From: Candidatus Woesearchaeota archaeon
GTDB lineage: Archaea > Nanobdellota > Nanobdellia > Pacearchaeales > GW2011-AR1
Reading direction: 5' to 3'
Assembly: GCA_964533515.1 (NCBI GenBank)
Contig: CAZHMB010000004.1
Location: forward strand, 1 to 45,062
Length of the DNA: 45,062 nt
The position numbers were made by a program, and so were the translations under genes. Under the pieces are notes generated by a model, which was given only the letters and a program-made list of their open reading frames with translations, did not search any database and was not told where the DNA came from. How positions within the stretch are numbered: position 1 is the stretch's first letter; each line of letters opens with the position of its first letter. Shown here one piece after another: positions 28,772 through 37,772 of the stretch.

Positions 28772-29641
28772 TTAAAGTTTGAGTTTCCTCAATCTCTTCT
28801 CAGTTTTTACTTCAAAAATTTCCAATCTTTTTTCCTTGGCATCTTTTTTACCTTTTGTGAAATTCATTGCCTGAAATTTCAAAAGCCTAAATGGGAATTT
28901 ATACTTTTTTGAAAGTTTCAGATAATCTTTAAAATCTAATCCTGATTTTTTCTTGCCTGAAATATCTGAAAAAATCCCCGGATTTCCTATCGCAGATCTC
29001 CCGACCATAACATAATCAAATTTTTTCAAAAGTTCTTTGTAATTCTTTTCACCAACATTACCAGAATAAACAACTGGAAGTTTTGTCTTATCCCTAAGTT
29101 TCTCAGCAAATTTCTCTTCCGGAATTCCAGAATAGCCTTGCTGTTGTGTTCGCGGATGAACAATTATAGCATCACAATATTTTTCTACGAGTTTCAAGAT
29201 CTTCTTAGCGTAAGCAGATTTCCTAATCTTTACAAAAACAGCTTTTTTCTTTCCGGCGGCTTTCCGAATTTCTTTTAATATTTCTTCGATTGTTTTTAAT
29301 TCGGAAATCATGTAACTTCCAAAACCATGTTTTCTCGCCGTTGTCGCAGGACAACCTAAATTAAAATCCCAACCAGAAACTTTTTTATTGTGTTTTTTAA
29401 CAAATTCTTTAATTCCCTCCGGAGTTTTGCAAAACAATTGACAAATCGGCTTGTCATCAAAATAAGTCTTCTGCTTCGTTCGAGGATGCGTCATGCCAGT
29501 CCAAGTCAAAGAACAACCAGCTTTCTTACACATCAATCTAAAAGCAACATCATTGACTTCTTCCATGGGCGCAAGGAAAACCCGATCTTTCAACGCTTTC
29601 CCAAGTTTCAAGTTTTTTATTGGTCTGAATTTCATATCCAT
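28772..29641 (-). CDS. tRNA-dihydrouridine synthase (Dus family)
   Basis: LAPM, DFNLGCP, VKIR, VHPRT, YSGNV and VMVGRSAIGNP. Confidence 0.92.
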   Translation of the reverse strand: MDMKFRPIKNLKLGKALKDRVFLAPMEEVNDVAFRLMCKKAGCSLTWTGMTHPRTKQKTYFDDKPICQLFCKTPEGIKEFVKKHNKKVSGWDFNLGCPATTARKHGFGSYMISELKTIEEILKEIRKAAGKKKAVFVKIRKSAYAKKILKLVEKYCDAIIVHPRTQQQGYSGIPEEKFAEKLRDKTKLPVVYSGNVGEKNYKELLKKFDYVMVGRSAIGNPGIFSDISGKKKSGLDFKDYLKLSKKYKFPFRLLKFQAMNFTKGKKDAKEKRLEIFEVKTEKRLRKLKL

Positions 29642-29703
29642 CTAAGAATAAAAACAATTAAAAGCCTTGTTGTTTTTATCTTATTGTCAAAAGGGGAATC
29701 AAA

Positions 29704-29846
29704 ATGAACATTCAAGAAATTAAATTAACTCGCGCAAAGTTCAAAGGCACAGAATTTCTTATGCGACATCCTTCGGAGGCAATTAAAGATGTCGCCCTTC
29801 AGTGTTTCGAGGAGAGAGCGCGACAGAAATCAAGGGGTTCTTTCGC
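29704..29846 (+). repeat. Dispersed hairpin element copy D; carries a 52-aa ORF (29704-29862) overlapping the HerA start
   Basis: GCGACATC(29763-29770)/GATGTCGC(29788-29795) with a GGAGGC loop; tttcgaggag shared with copy C; 5' end atgaacattcaagaaattaaatt resembles copies A and B. Confidence 0.75.
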
Positions 29847-31163
29847 ATGTACGACGTTGTAATCGGAAGAAACAAACCAGATAAATTAGCATTAAAAGAA
29901 AAAGGCCTAATCAGCATAGGCAAGGGCTATGTAAAAATGGGCCAATATACTTCTTTAAGCAACAGGATACTTATGGATATAGCAAGGACACATGTCATTC
30001 TAGTAGCCGGGAAAAGAGGTTCAGGAAAATCTTACACCCTCGGAGTTCTCGCTGAAGAACTAACGAACCTTCCAAAAGAAACAAGCCAAAATATAGCTTC
30101 TATAATCTTCGATACAATGGGAATTTATTGGACAATGAAATACAAAAATGAAAAAGACAAAACTCTTTTGGCAGATTGGGATTTAAAATCAAAAGAATTG
30201 CCTGTGAAAATATTTGCCCCCTTTGGACATTATGAAAATTACACCCAACAAGGAATCCCCGTAGATGAAAAATTCGCTTTAGACCCGAGTGAACTTAATG
30301 CTGGGGATTGGTTGATAACTTTCGGATTAGGTTTAACAGATCCAATTTCTGTAATAATTGAGAGAACAATAACAAGATTAAGAGAAAAAGGGGAGTTTAA
30401 CCTAGATGATATAATAAAAAATATCCAAGAGGATGAGACAACAAGTCAAGAAATAAAAAATGCGGGAATTGGTTTATTCGAATCAGCAAAAACTTGGGGG
30501 ATCTTCGCTATCGATTCAGAAGATTCAACAAAAGTTAAAGACCTAATCAACGCAGGAACAACAACAGTTTTAGATTTAAGTGTCTACAATTCTGTCGGAG
30601 CTTTGAATATACGGGCACTTGTTATTAATCTGGTCTCAAGAAAAATTTTCAACTCCAGGATGGCTGCAAGAAAATCAGAAGAGATAAAATCTGTCTCAGC
30701 AGGATTGGATTATCTTTCTTCGATGTCTTCGACAAAAAAGCAAGACCCTCTTGTTTGGATTTTTATAGATGAAGCACATGAATTTCTTCCTTTGAATGGA
30801 AAAACGGCAGCAACCGACGCCCTTGTCCAATTGTTAAGAGAAGGTCGTCAGCCGGGAATTTCTCTTGTTCTTGCAACACAACAGCCGGGACAAATTCATA
30901 GGGACGTCATGACACAATCAGATATTGTAATCAGCCACAGAGTAACAAACCATTACGATTTAGAAGCCCTAAATTTCATAATGCAGAGTTACGTTTTTGA
31001 AGGGTTAAAAAAATACATGGATGAACTTCCAGGACTTAAAGGAAGTGCAATTGTCTTAGATGACAACAGTGAAAGGATTTATCCAATACGAATTCGTCCA
31101 AGATTCACTTGGCACGGAGGTGAAGCACCGACAGCCGTTAAGATAGAAAAAAGTTTAGATTGA
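29847..31163 (+). CDS. HerA/FtsK-like (DUF87) ATPase
   Basis: Walker A GKRGSGKS, Walker B IFIDEAH, LREGRQPG and ATQQP. ATG 29847 preferred over GTG 29802, which lies inside the hairpin element. Confidence 0.9.
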   Translation: MYDVVIGRNKPDKLALKEKGLISIGKGYVKMGQYTSLSNRILMDIARTHVILVAGKRGSGKSYTLGVLAEELTNLPKETSQNIASIIFDTMGIYWTMKYKNEKDKTLLADWDLKSKELPVKIFAPFGHYENYTQQGIPVDEKFALDPSELNAGDWLITFGLGLTDPISVIIERTITRLREKGEFNLDDIIKNIQEDETTSQEIKNAGIGLFESAKTWGIFAIDSEDSTKVKDLINAGTTTVLDLSVYNSVGALNIRALVINLVSRKIFNSRMAARKSEEIKSVSAGLDYLSSMSSTKKQDPLVWIFIDEAHEFLPLNGKTAATDALVQLLREGRQPGISLVLATQQPGQIHRDVMTQSDIVISHRVTNHYDLEALNFIMQSYVFEGLKKYMDELPGLKGSAIVLDDNSERIYPIRIRPRFTWHGGEAPTAVKIEKSLD

Positions 31164-31313
31164 GAAAGAATTATAGATTGCGTGCCAAGTTCTTGGCATG
31201 GGGGTCGAGCGATCTTGCGAAATTATCTTCTGGAAGTTAATTTAGGAAATTTGAGCAAGGTCGGGAGAGAGGAAGCTCCGACAGCTGTTAAGATAGAAAA
31301 AAGTTTGGATTAA
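31164..31313 (+). repeat. Degenerate tandem duplicate of the HerA 3' end with a 66-nt in-frame palindromic insertion
   Basis: In frame after the TGA: ERIIDCVPSSWHGG[RAILRNYLLEVNLGNLSKVGRE]EAPTAVKIEKSLD*, against the gene end ERIYPIRIRPRFTWHGGEAPTAVKIEKSLD*. Confidence 0.85.
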
Positions 31314-31355
31314 TTTCACACCAAACTTTAAAAACAAAATTTTCTTGATATCTCC

Positions 31356-32588
31356 ATGAAAACTCAATATAATCTTTTAGCACCTGCAGGAAATTTTCCA
31401 ATGCTAGTTGCAGCAGTCAAGGCAGGAGCAGATGCAGTTTATCTAGGATTAAAAGAAGGTTTTGGAATGCGAGCAACCGCAAAGAATTTTTCTTTGAAAG
31501 ATTTAGTAAAAGTAAGAAAAATTTGTAATACCAAAAGTCCTTACGGGAAAAAAGTAAAAATATATTTAACTTTAAACACAATAGTCTATGAAAACGAAAT
31601 AAAGAAAGTTGAGAAAATAGTAAAGATATTAGCCAAAGATAAATTAGTAGATGTCATCATTTGTTGGGATCACTCAGTTATGGGATTCTGCAGAAAATAT
31701 AAAATTCCTTTCCATGTTTCAACTCAAGCATCGGCAAGTAACTCCGGGGCGGTTGATTTTTATAAAAAACTTGGAGCAGAAAACATTGTTTTAGCAAGAG
31801 AATTAAGTTTGAAGCAAATAAAGCAAATAAAAAAGAAATCAAAAGGCATAGGTTTAGAAGCGTTCGTTCATGGGGCAATGTGCGTTGCTGTTTCTGGAAG
31901 ATGTTTCACGAGCCAATTTCTTTTTAATAAGTCAGCGAACAGAGGGCAATGCTTACATCCTTGCAGGAGAACCTACATCGTAAAAGATGAAGAAGGAAAC
32001 GAATTAAAACTTGAAAACAACAAAGTCCTGTCCGCAAAAGATCTTTGTACTTTACCCTTCATAGAAAAATTAAAATCCGCAGGAATAACAACTTTCAAGA
32101 TAGAAGGAAGAAACAGAGACGCAAGATATGTAGATACTGTAGTATCAATTTATAGAAAAGCTTTAGACAAAAAATTAACAAAAAAAGAAATAAAAAACGC
32201 AATTGAAAGATTAAAAACAGTTTACAACAGACAATTCTCTTCAGGGTTCTATTTAGGAACTCCGACAAATGACGATTTTTCAGATACCGAAAATTCAAGC
32301 GCAACAGAAAAAAAACATTTTGTTGGAAAACTCTTACATTATTATCCTCAAGTAAAAGTCGCAACCATAAAACTTGTTTCACAACTTAAAGTAGGAGATA
32401 AAATTGCAATAATAGGAAATACAACAGGAATTGAATCTGCAATTATTGAAAGCATGGAGATAAAAAACAAGCCGGTTGAAAAAGCAAAAAAAGGCCAAGA
32501 AGTTGGAATCAAAATAAAGCTAGGAAAAAGGAAAAGCAATTCACGATTAAGAAAAAACGACGAAGTTTATGTTATACTTTCAAGCTAG
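31356..32588 (+). CDS. Peptidase U32 family (TrhP-like Fe-S tRNA hydroxylation protein)
   Basis: LLAPAG, GADAVYLG, HVSTQ, VLARE, EAFVHGAMCVAVSGRC, RGQCLHPCR and FKIEGR. Confidence 0.93.
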   Translation: MKTQYNLLAPAGNFPMLVAAVKAGADAVYLGLKEGFGMRATAKNFSLKDLVKVRKICNTKSPYGKKVKIYLTLNTIVYENEIKKVEKIVKILAKDKLVDVIICWDHSVMGFCRKYKIPFHVSTQASASNSGAVDFYKKLGAENIVLARELSLKQIKQIKKKSKGIGLEAFVHGAMCVAVSGRCFTSQFLFNKSANRGQCLHPCRRTYIVKDEEGNELKLENNKVLSAKDLCTLPFIEKLKSAGITTFKIEGRNRDARYVDTVVSIYRKALDKKLTKKEIKNAIERLKTVYNRQFSSGFYLGTPTNDDFSDTENSSATEKKHFVGKLLHYYPQVKVATIKLVSQLKVGDKIAIIGNTTGIESAIIESMEIKNKPVEKAKKGQEVGIKIKLGKRKSNSRLRKNDEVYVILSS

Positions 32589-33091
32589 GTTCGAGGAAAA
32601 TAGGGATTATCATATTCCCATACAATTGTTTTCCCAGCACAAGTTATATTTTCTTCGTTGATTGTAAAATAAGGGGTGAAAGTAATGTTAGAGATTCCCC
32701 ATAATGGCCCCGAATCAAAATAATCGTGAAGTTCTATTTTTTTCTCGTTTGAGGGGAGAATATTGCCTTCAATAAAGAAAGTTGTTGAGATTATTACTCC
32801 CTTTTCCATTTCGCTTCTTCCTACCCCCCGAACCCCATCAATATCTCCGTTTCCGATGCCTCTTTTTATAATCAGTGTTGAATTTCCCTTAAGACCATCA
32901 AAATCGAAAGGTGGGTCGTCATAAACTTTTGTTAAACTCACTCCAAGGCATTTTTCATTAATAAGAATATCGTCTTTACTACTTTCAATCAAATTTTGAA
33001 TAACAGCCCAAACAATACCAACAGCAATAAGTGCCAAAGCAACTAGAATAACTGTTGTCACGATAGCTGACATACCTCTTTTAGATTTCAT
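32585..33091 (-). CDS. Archaeal type IV pilin-like protein
   Basis: MKSKRG|MSAIVTTVILVALALIAVGIVW class III signal. Confidence 0.9.
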   Translation of the reverse strand: MKSKRGMSAIVTTVILVALALIAVGIVWAVIQNLIESSKDDILINEKCLGVSLTKVYDDPPFDFDGLKGNSTLIIKRGIGNGDIDGVRGVGRSEMEKGVIISTTFFIEGNILPSNEKKIELHDYFDSGPLWGISNITFTPYFTINEENITCAGKTIVWEYDNPYFPRT

Positions 33092-33690
33092 CTTTCTCTA
33101 AGTTTTTAGGGATATTTAAACTTTCTGGTTTAGAGTCTCTTTCGCAAAGCTAGTTCTTAAAAAAAATAAAGAAAATCTCTGATTTTCTAACTTTTCTTTT
33201 AAAAGGCAAAAGCCAGAGAGTAAAAGAAAAATAAAAAAGAATTAAAAAAAATTAAATTTATGCAGCAGGAGACTTCTTAATCGTTCCACTGAAACTTACA
33301 GCATTACAATATTCCCCATCATGCTCAGCCATTACTGTTGCTTGAGAGGGCGTATCTGGTTTACCAACGGTAGTTATTATATCTGTTGAGCCTGGACCGA
33401 GAGCAACACCTAGTTCCCCTTCTGTACTTATCTCGCCTGTAGCACCACCAATAATAGCCTTAACATCTGTTGTAGATTCTGTTCCAGTATTCTTAACAGA
33501 AACCTCACAATCATCCTCACTACAATCTACCGCAGTAATCGTTAATGGAGTCTTGAGACATTTGCCCTGAAGACCAATATCACCAGCCTTGTCTTCAATC
33601 AAATTTTGAATAACAGCCCAAACAATACCAACAGCAATAAGTGCCAAAGCAACTAGAATAACTGTTGTCACGATAGCCGACATACCTCTT
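32984..33690 (-). repeat. 97-bp direct repeat shared by the two pilin 5' ends (32984-33080 and 33594-33690)
   Basis: One mismatch in 97 nt (33068 vs 33678, synonymous); offset 610. Confidence 0.93.
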
Positions 33691-33710
33691 CTACTTTTTA
33701 TTAACATCAT
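33258..33710 (-). CDS. Archaeal type IV pilin-like protein (candidate major pilin)
   Basis: KSRRG|MSAIVTTVILVALALIAVGIVW. A GGAGGT SD at 33716-33721 supports a start at 33710 or 33707 rather than 33755. Confidence 0.9.
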   Translation of the reverse strand: MMLIKSRRGMSAIVTTVILVALALIAVGIVWAVIQNLIEDKAGDIGLQGKCLKTPLTITAVDCSEDDCEVSVKNTGTESTTDVKAIIGGATGEISTEGELGVALGPGSTDIITTVGKPDTPSQATVMAEHDGEYCNAVSFSGTIKKSPAA

Positions 33711-33831
33711 TATTAACCTCCTTTCATCAAAGGTAAACATACCTTTAGATTGCATATGAAAACCCTTATTTAAATGTTTTTATTTCCTATTGAATCCTCG
33801 CTGTTTTTGAAATAGGAAATTTTAAAGAATC

Positions 33832-35070
33832 TCAAAGATTTTTTTTATTCTCGGCGTCAAGCATTTCAAAAAAATCTTTTTCTTCTATAACTTTATCAAC
33901 CTCAGAAATTCCTCTTTTCTCTGCAACTTTCCAAAAAGTCTCGGGTTTGTATTTCTTTTTTTTCAAAGATTGCAACGTTGGTAATTTCGGATCGTCCCAC
34001 CCCGAATACTTCCCCGCCAAAACATCTTTTGTAATCTGTGACGCAGATAATCGCATTCCTTTGATATGCCATCTCCCTAAGAAAGCAGTCCAAGGATATT
34101 TCTTCCCAAGAGTTTTAAATATCATTTCTTGTCTTCTCGCGTTATCTCTATGTTCCTTAGCTCGAATAATATGTGTCATTCCCATTTCGATATCGTCTGC
34201 TGTAACAGAAAGATTCATCAATGGCCAAACTTTAAATTTATTTTTTTGCCGAGGGTGTTCAGTTTCATTTATTCTCACCAAAGGAAAATCCCTCATTGCG
34301 GGATTGGGATTTTCCATACCCTCTTCTGAATCAGGAGTTTTAAATCTCAAGACCGCGTCGCCTTCTTTGTAATCTGTTTCTGCTTTTCCCAACATCATCT
34401 CCCACCTCATCAGATTTTCTTTTTTATCATTATTTCTACAAGGACAGTTTTCTTTTAGTTTAGAATATTCCCTGAATTTATCTCCGGAACAAGTACAAAC
34501 ATAGGCAGAACCTTTCTCGATTAATTTTTTAGCATAACCATAATAGATTTCCATTCTATCCGACTGAATAACAACTTCAACGTTCTTCTTCGCCAGCCAT
34601 TCAATATCTTTTTTAATTAATTTGTATGCCTCAGGAAAAATGTTCTCAGGATTAGTATCTTCTATTCGGCATATAAATTTCCCGCCGTATTTATTCACAT
34701 AAGCAATATTCAGAGAGGCTGTCAAAGCGTGTCCTACATGCAAAGCTCCAGAAGGAGAAGGCGCAAATCGCATGACAACACCGGACTTAGGAACCTTCGG
34801 CAATTCTTCCAAGCCCTCACGAACTTCTCTTTCAGAAATTTCACCTTTATGTTTTTCAAGCAAAACTTTTTGTTCCTCAACAGAAAAAGAATTTACCTCT
34901 TTAATTATTTCTGAAATTTTCTTCGCATAATTTTTAATTTCAGATTTTTCTAGACCCTCGGCAAATAACGAAGATATTACGGCGCCCTGAGCAGCTTTCC
35001 CCCCATGCGCAACAGCATTCTTCAAAGTATAAGATTGAATTTTTGAATCTGAAATCTTTTTCTTCACCAT
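33832..35070 (-). CDS. gltX: Glutamate--tRNA ligase, archaeal type, short (412 aa)
   Basis: YTLKNAVAHGGKA N-domain, VVMRFAPSPSGALHVGH, RIEDTNP, IQSDR, AYVCTC, THIIRAKEH and GWDDPKLPTL. Confidence 0.9.
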   Translation of the reverse strand: MVKKKISDSKIQSYTLKNAVAHGGKAAQGAVISSLFAEGLEKSEIKNYAKKISEIIKEVNSFSVEEQKVLLEKHKGEISEREVREGLEELPKVPKSGVVMRFAPSPSGALHVGHALTASLNIAYVNKYGGKFICRIEDTNPENIFPEAYKLIKKDIEWLAKKNVEVVIQSDRMEIYYGYAKKLIEKGSAYVCTCSGDKFREYSKLKENCPCRNNDKKENLMRWEMMLGKAETDYKEGDAVLRFKTPDSEEGMENPNPAMRDFPLVRINETEHPRQKNKFKVWPLMNLSVTADDIEMGMTHIIRAKEHRDNARRQEMIFKTLGKKYPWTAFLGRWHIKGMRLSASQITKDVLAGKYSGWDDPKLPTLQSLKKKKYKPETFWKVAEKRGISEVDKVIEEKDFFEMLDAENKKNL

Positions 35071-35167
35071 AAAAACATTAAAGAAAGGGGGTTTATATTT
35101 TTAATGTTTGGATAATTATATTCTCAAACACAACTATCTTTAAAAAGATTGAAACATATAATAATAC

Positions 35168-35446
35168 ATGAGCAAAAGAGAATTAAGAAAATTAGAAAAA
35201 AGATTATGGGATGGAATGGGATATTGTCCCGCTTGTCAAAGACAACTTGCTTTGGATGATTATCTGAGCTATCGAAGATTATTGGTAGAGTTAAATAAGG
35301 GAGAGCCCGGAGGAATTTTTGAAATTTATAGCAAGCATGTTGTAGACCAAAGATTTGGTGAAACTGGAAAAAGACCTAAATTAGAACCCATTGTGCCAAA
35401 TGCAGTAAGAGGAATGCCTTTCAATCTTGTTCCAGTCAGGGCATGA
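35168..35446 (+). CDS. Hypothetical protein with CxxC
   Basis: 92 aa; CPAC motif; TATA-like ctttaaaaa upstream. Confidence 0.55.
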   Translation: MSKRELRKLEKRLWDGMGYCPACQRQLALDDYLSYRRLLVELNKGEPGGIFEIYSKHVVDQRFGETGKRPKLEPIVPNAVRGMPFNLVPVRA

Positions 35447-35485
35447 GAAAAAACATTCTTTTTAAGAATAATTATTTTTAATGGA

Positions 35486-37657
35486 TTATTGATTCACAGC
35501 CAAACCTTTTCGATCACGAATCTTCTTGATTATTTCAGCTTGCATTCCTGCAGGAACTCTTTCAAATAACTGATCCTTTAATGAACTAGTTCCCCGACCT
35601 TCTGTCTCCGATCTCAAATCATTACTCCAACCAATCATTTCAGCAACAGGAATTTTAGTCTCCATTTCTGCATTAGTTCCTTCCTGATTTACTTTCAATA
35701 GCTGTCCTCTTTTACCTGAAACAAGTTTTGTAACCCCGCTCAAAAATGAATCGGGCATTTCAATCAAATGAATCTGTATTGGTTCCAACAAACCAGCTGA
35801 ACCTTGTCTCATTGCTTCTTGAATACCTTCACGAACAGCAGGATAAACCTGGGCAGGCCCACGATGAATAGCATCCTCGTGAAGTTTTATATCAACTAGT
35901 GAGACTTTTATCTTTGTGCAAGGTTCTCTCGCCAACGGCCCTTGATCCATAACCATTTCGAAAGCTTCCAATATCATTTCAATAACTTCAAGCATGTGAA
36001 CTTCTCCCCGAGTTTCATCCAAGAAAACATTCCCATTATAAATATCTCTCACCTTTTTAACTTCGTCATTGCTCCAACCTAAAGGAGTCATAGTATCTAC
36101 AAGATCCTGGCTTTTTTTCTTAACTCTTCCAGAAGGCACGTCGCCTCTTTGGATAGCATCAAAGATATTATCCTCCAAGGGAGCAACCTCGATAAAAAAG
36201 CTGTTGTGCTTGTTCGGACTTCTACCTTCTTGCGGAGGCGATTCTTTCGCAACAGTTTCCCTATAAACAATAATCGGAGACGAAGTTTTAACATCGAGAC
36301 CTTTTTCCTTTTTTATTCTCTCTTCTATAATTTCCAAATGCAATTCACCCATACCCGAGATTAAATTCTCACCAGTTTTCTCATTAATCTCAATTCTTAT
36401 CGAAGGATCTTCTTTGTTAACTTGTTTCAAAACTTCAACCAGCTTAGGAAGGTCAGCAGCTTTAGTAGCCTCAATAGACTTTGTAACAACGGGATCGAAT
36501 AAATGTTTGATTGCCTCAAAGGGTTCAATATGTTCTCTTGAAACTGTCTCTCCTGACATAACGTCTTTCAAACCAACAACACCAACGATGTTCCCTGCCG
36601 GAACCTCATCAACAGCAAGTCTTTGAGCTCCTTTGTAAACTGAAACTTGTTGAACTTTAGCATCTCTTTTCGCGAGAGCCATATAAACATCATCTCCTTG
36701 TTTCAAAGTCCCTGAAAATAATCTTCCAGCAGCGACTTCTCCGGCATGCTTGTCAACAACAATTTTTATAGGAACAAAAATGGGTTCACCTTTCGCATCA
36801 CAAGAAATCAAATTTTTCCCAATCTCACTATCCAGATCTCCATGCCATATTCTTGGAATTCTATAAGGCTGAGCTTCTAAAGGATTCGGATGGTGGTCGA
36901 TTGTCATATTCAAAACAACTTCATGCAACGGTGCTTTCTTCGCAAGTTCTTTGTAACCTTCTTCACCAGATTGATAAGCATCTATAACGTCCTTGAAAGT
37001 AATTCCTTTTTTCTTCATGTACGGAATGCTCAAAGCCCAATTGTGGAAAGCACTTCCAAAAGCAACGCTCCCATCGTTCACATTAACTTTCCATTTTTCC
37101 TTATAGCCCTCGGGCGCAATGTTCTCAATTAATTCATTAACATGTTCTATAATAGAAATAAACTTTTTCTGCATTTCTTCAGGAGTTAATTTAACTTCTT
37201 TAATCAAACGATCAACTTTATTGATAAATAAAACCGGTTTAACAAGTTCTTTCAATGCTTGTCTCAAGACAGTTTCAGTTTGTGGCATAACACCTTCAAC
37301 TGCGCAAGCTAAAACAACACAACCGTCAACGGCCCTCATCGCCCGAGTTACGTCTCCGCCGAAGTCAACATGTCCGGGAGTGTCAATTAAATTAATCAAG
37401 AAATCTTTACCCTCTACTGAATGAACCATAGAGACAGAAGCAGAGTCTATTGTAATTCCCCTTTCCGATTCGTCATCATGGAAATCCAAGAATCTTTGTT
37501 TACCTGCAGTCTCTTCACTCAACATACCCGCACCTGCAAGCAAATTGTCCGAGAAAGTAGTTTTTCCGTGATCGATATGAGCAGCAATTGCTATGTTTCT
37601 GATGTTCTCTTGTACATGCATCAATTCCTGAACTTTCTTCGATAAATTTTCAGCCAT
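35486..37657 (-). CDS. fusA: Translation elongation factor 2 (aEF-2)
   Basis: AHIDHGKTT, RGITI, DTPGHVDFGG, NKVD, GMGELHLE and the diphthamide loop HEDAIHRG. Confidence 0.98.
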   Translation of the reverse strand: MAENLSKKVQELMHVQENIRNIAIAAHIDHGKTTFSDNLLAGAGMLSEETAGKQRFLDFHDDESERGITIDSASVSMVHSVEGKDFLINLIDTPGHVDFGGDVTRAMRAVDGCVVLACAVEGVMPQTETVLRQALKELVKPVLFINKVDRLIKEVKLTPEEMQKKFISIIEHVNELIENIAPEGYKEKWKVNVNDGSVAFGSAFHNWALSIPYMKKKGITFKDVIDAYQSGEEGYKELAKKAPLHEVVLNMTIDHHPNPLEAQPYRIPRIWHGDLDSEIGKNLISCDAKGEPIFVPIKIVVDKHAGEVAAGRLFSGTLKQGDDVYMALAKRDAKVQQVSVYKGAQRLAVDEVPAGNIVGVVGLKDVMSGETVSREHIEPFEAIKHLFDPVVTKSIEATKAADLPKLVEVLKQVNKEDPSIRIEINEKTGENLISGMGELHLEIIEERIKKEKGLDVKTSSPIIVYRETVAKESPPQEGRSPNKHNSFFIEVAPLEDNIFDAIQRGDVPSGRVKKKSQDLVDTMTPLGWSNDEVKKVRDIYNGNVFLDETRGEVHMLEVIEMILEAFEMVMDQGPLAREPCTKIKVSLVDIKLHEDAIHRGPAQVYPAVREGIQEAMRQGSAGLLEPIQIHLIEMPDSFLSGVTKLVSGKRGQLLKVNQEGTNAEMETKIPVAEMIGWSNDLRSETEGRGTSSLKDQLFERVPAGMQAEIIKKIRDRKGLAVNQ

Positions 37658-37772
37658 ATTATCTGATGAGAAATTTGGTTTTTAAAGTTTGCGATGTTGA
37701 TAACACAGTCCGATAAGTGTCCGAAAAGTAATCGATAGAAATAATTAAAAACAGCTTTTTTCTTGCTATTAA

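Noticed and set aside
29802-29846. GTG-start N-terminal extension of the HerA ATPase
   Set aside because: The extension derives from hairpin element D; ATG 29847 (MYDVVIGR) is the more plausible start.
31161-31163. UGA as selenocysteine or evidence of an alternative genetic code
   Set aside because: The duplicate has TAA at the homologous position, and many genes in the window end at TGA with normal lengths or ATGA overlaps.
33947-37645. Plus-strand ORFs overlapping gltX and EF-2, and analogous antisense ORFs over copA, ileS, trmB and the GT genes
   Set aside because: They are antisense shadows of strongly supported genes and have no motifs of their own.
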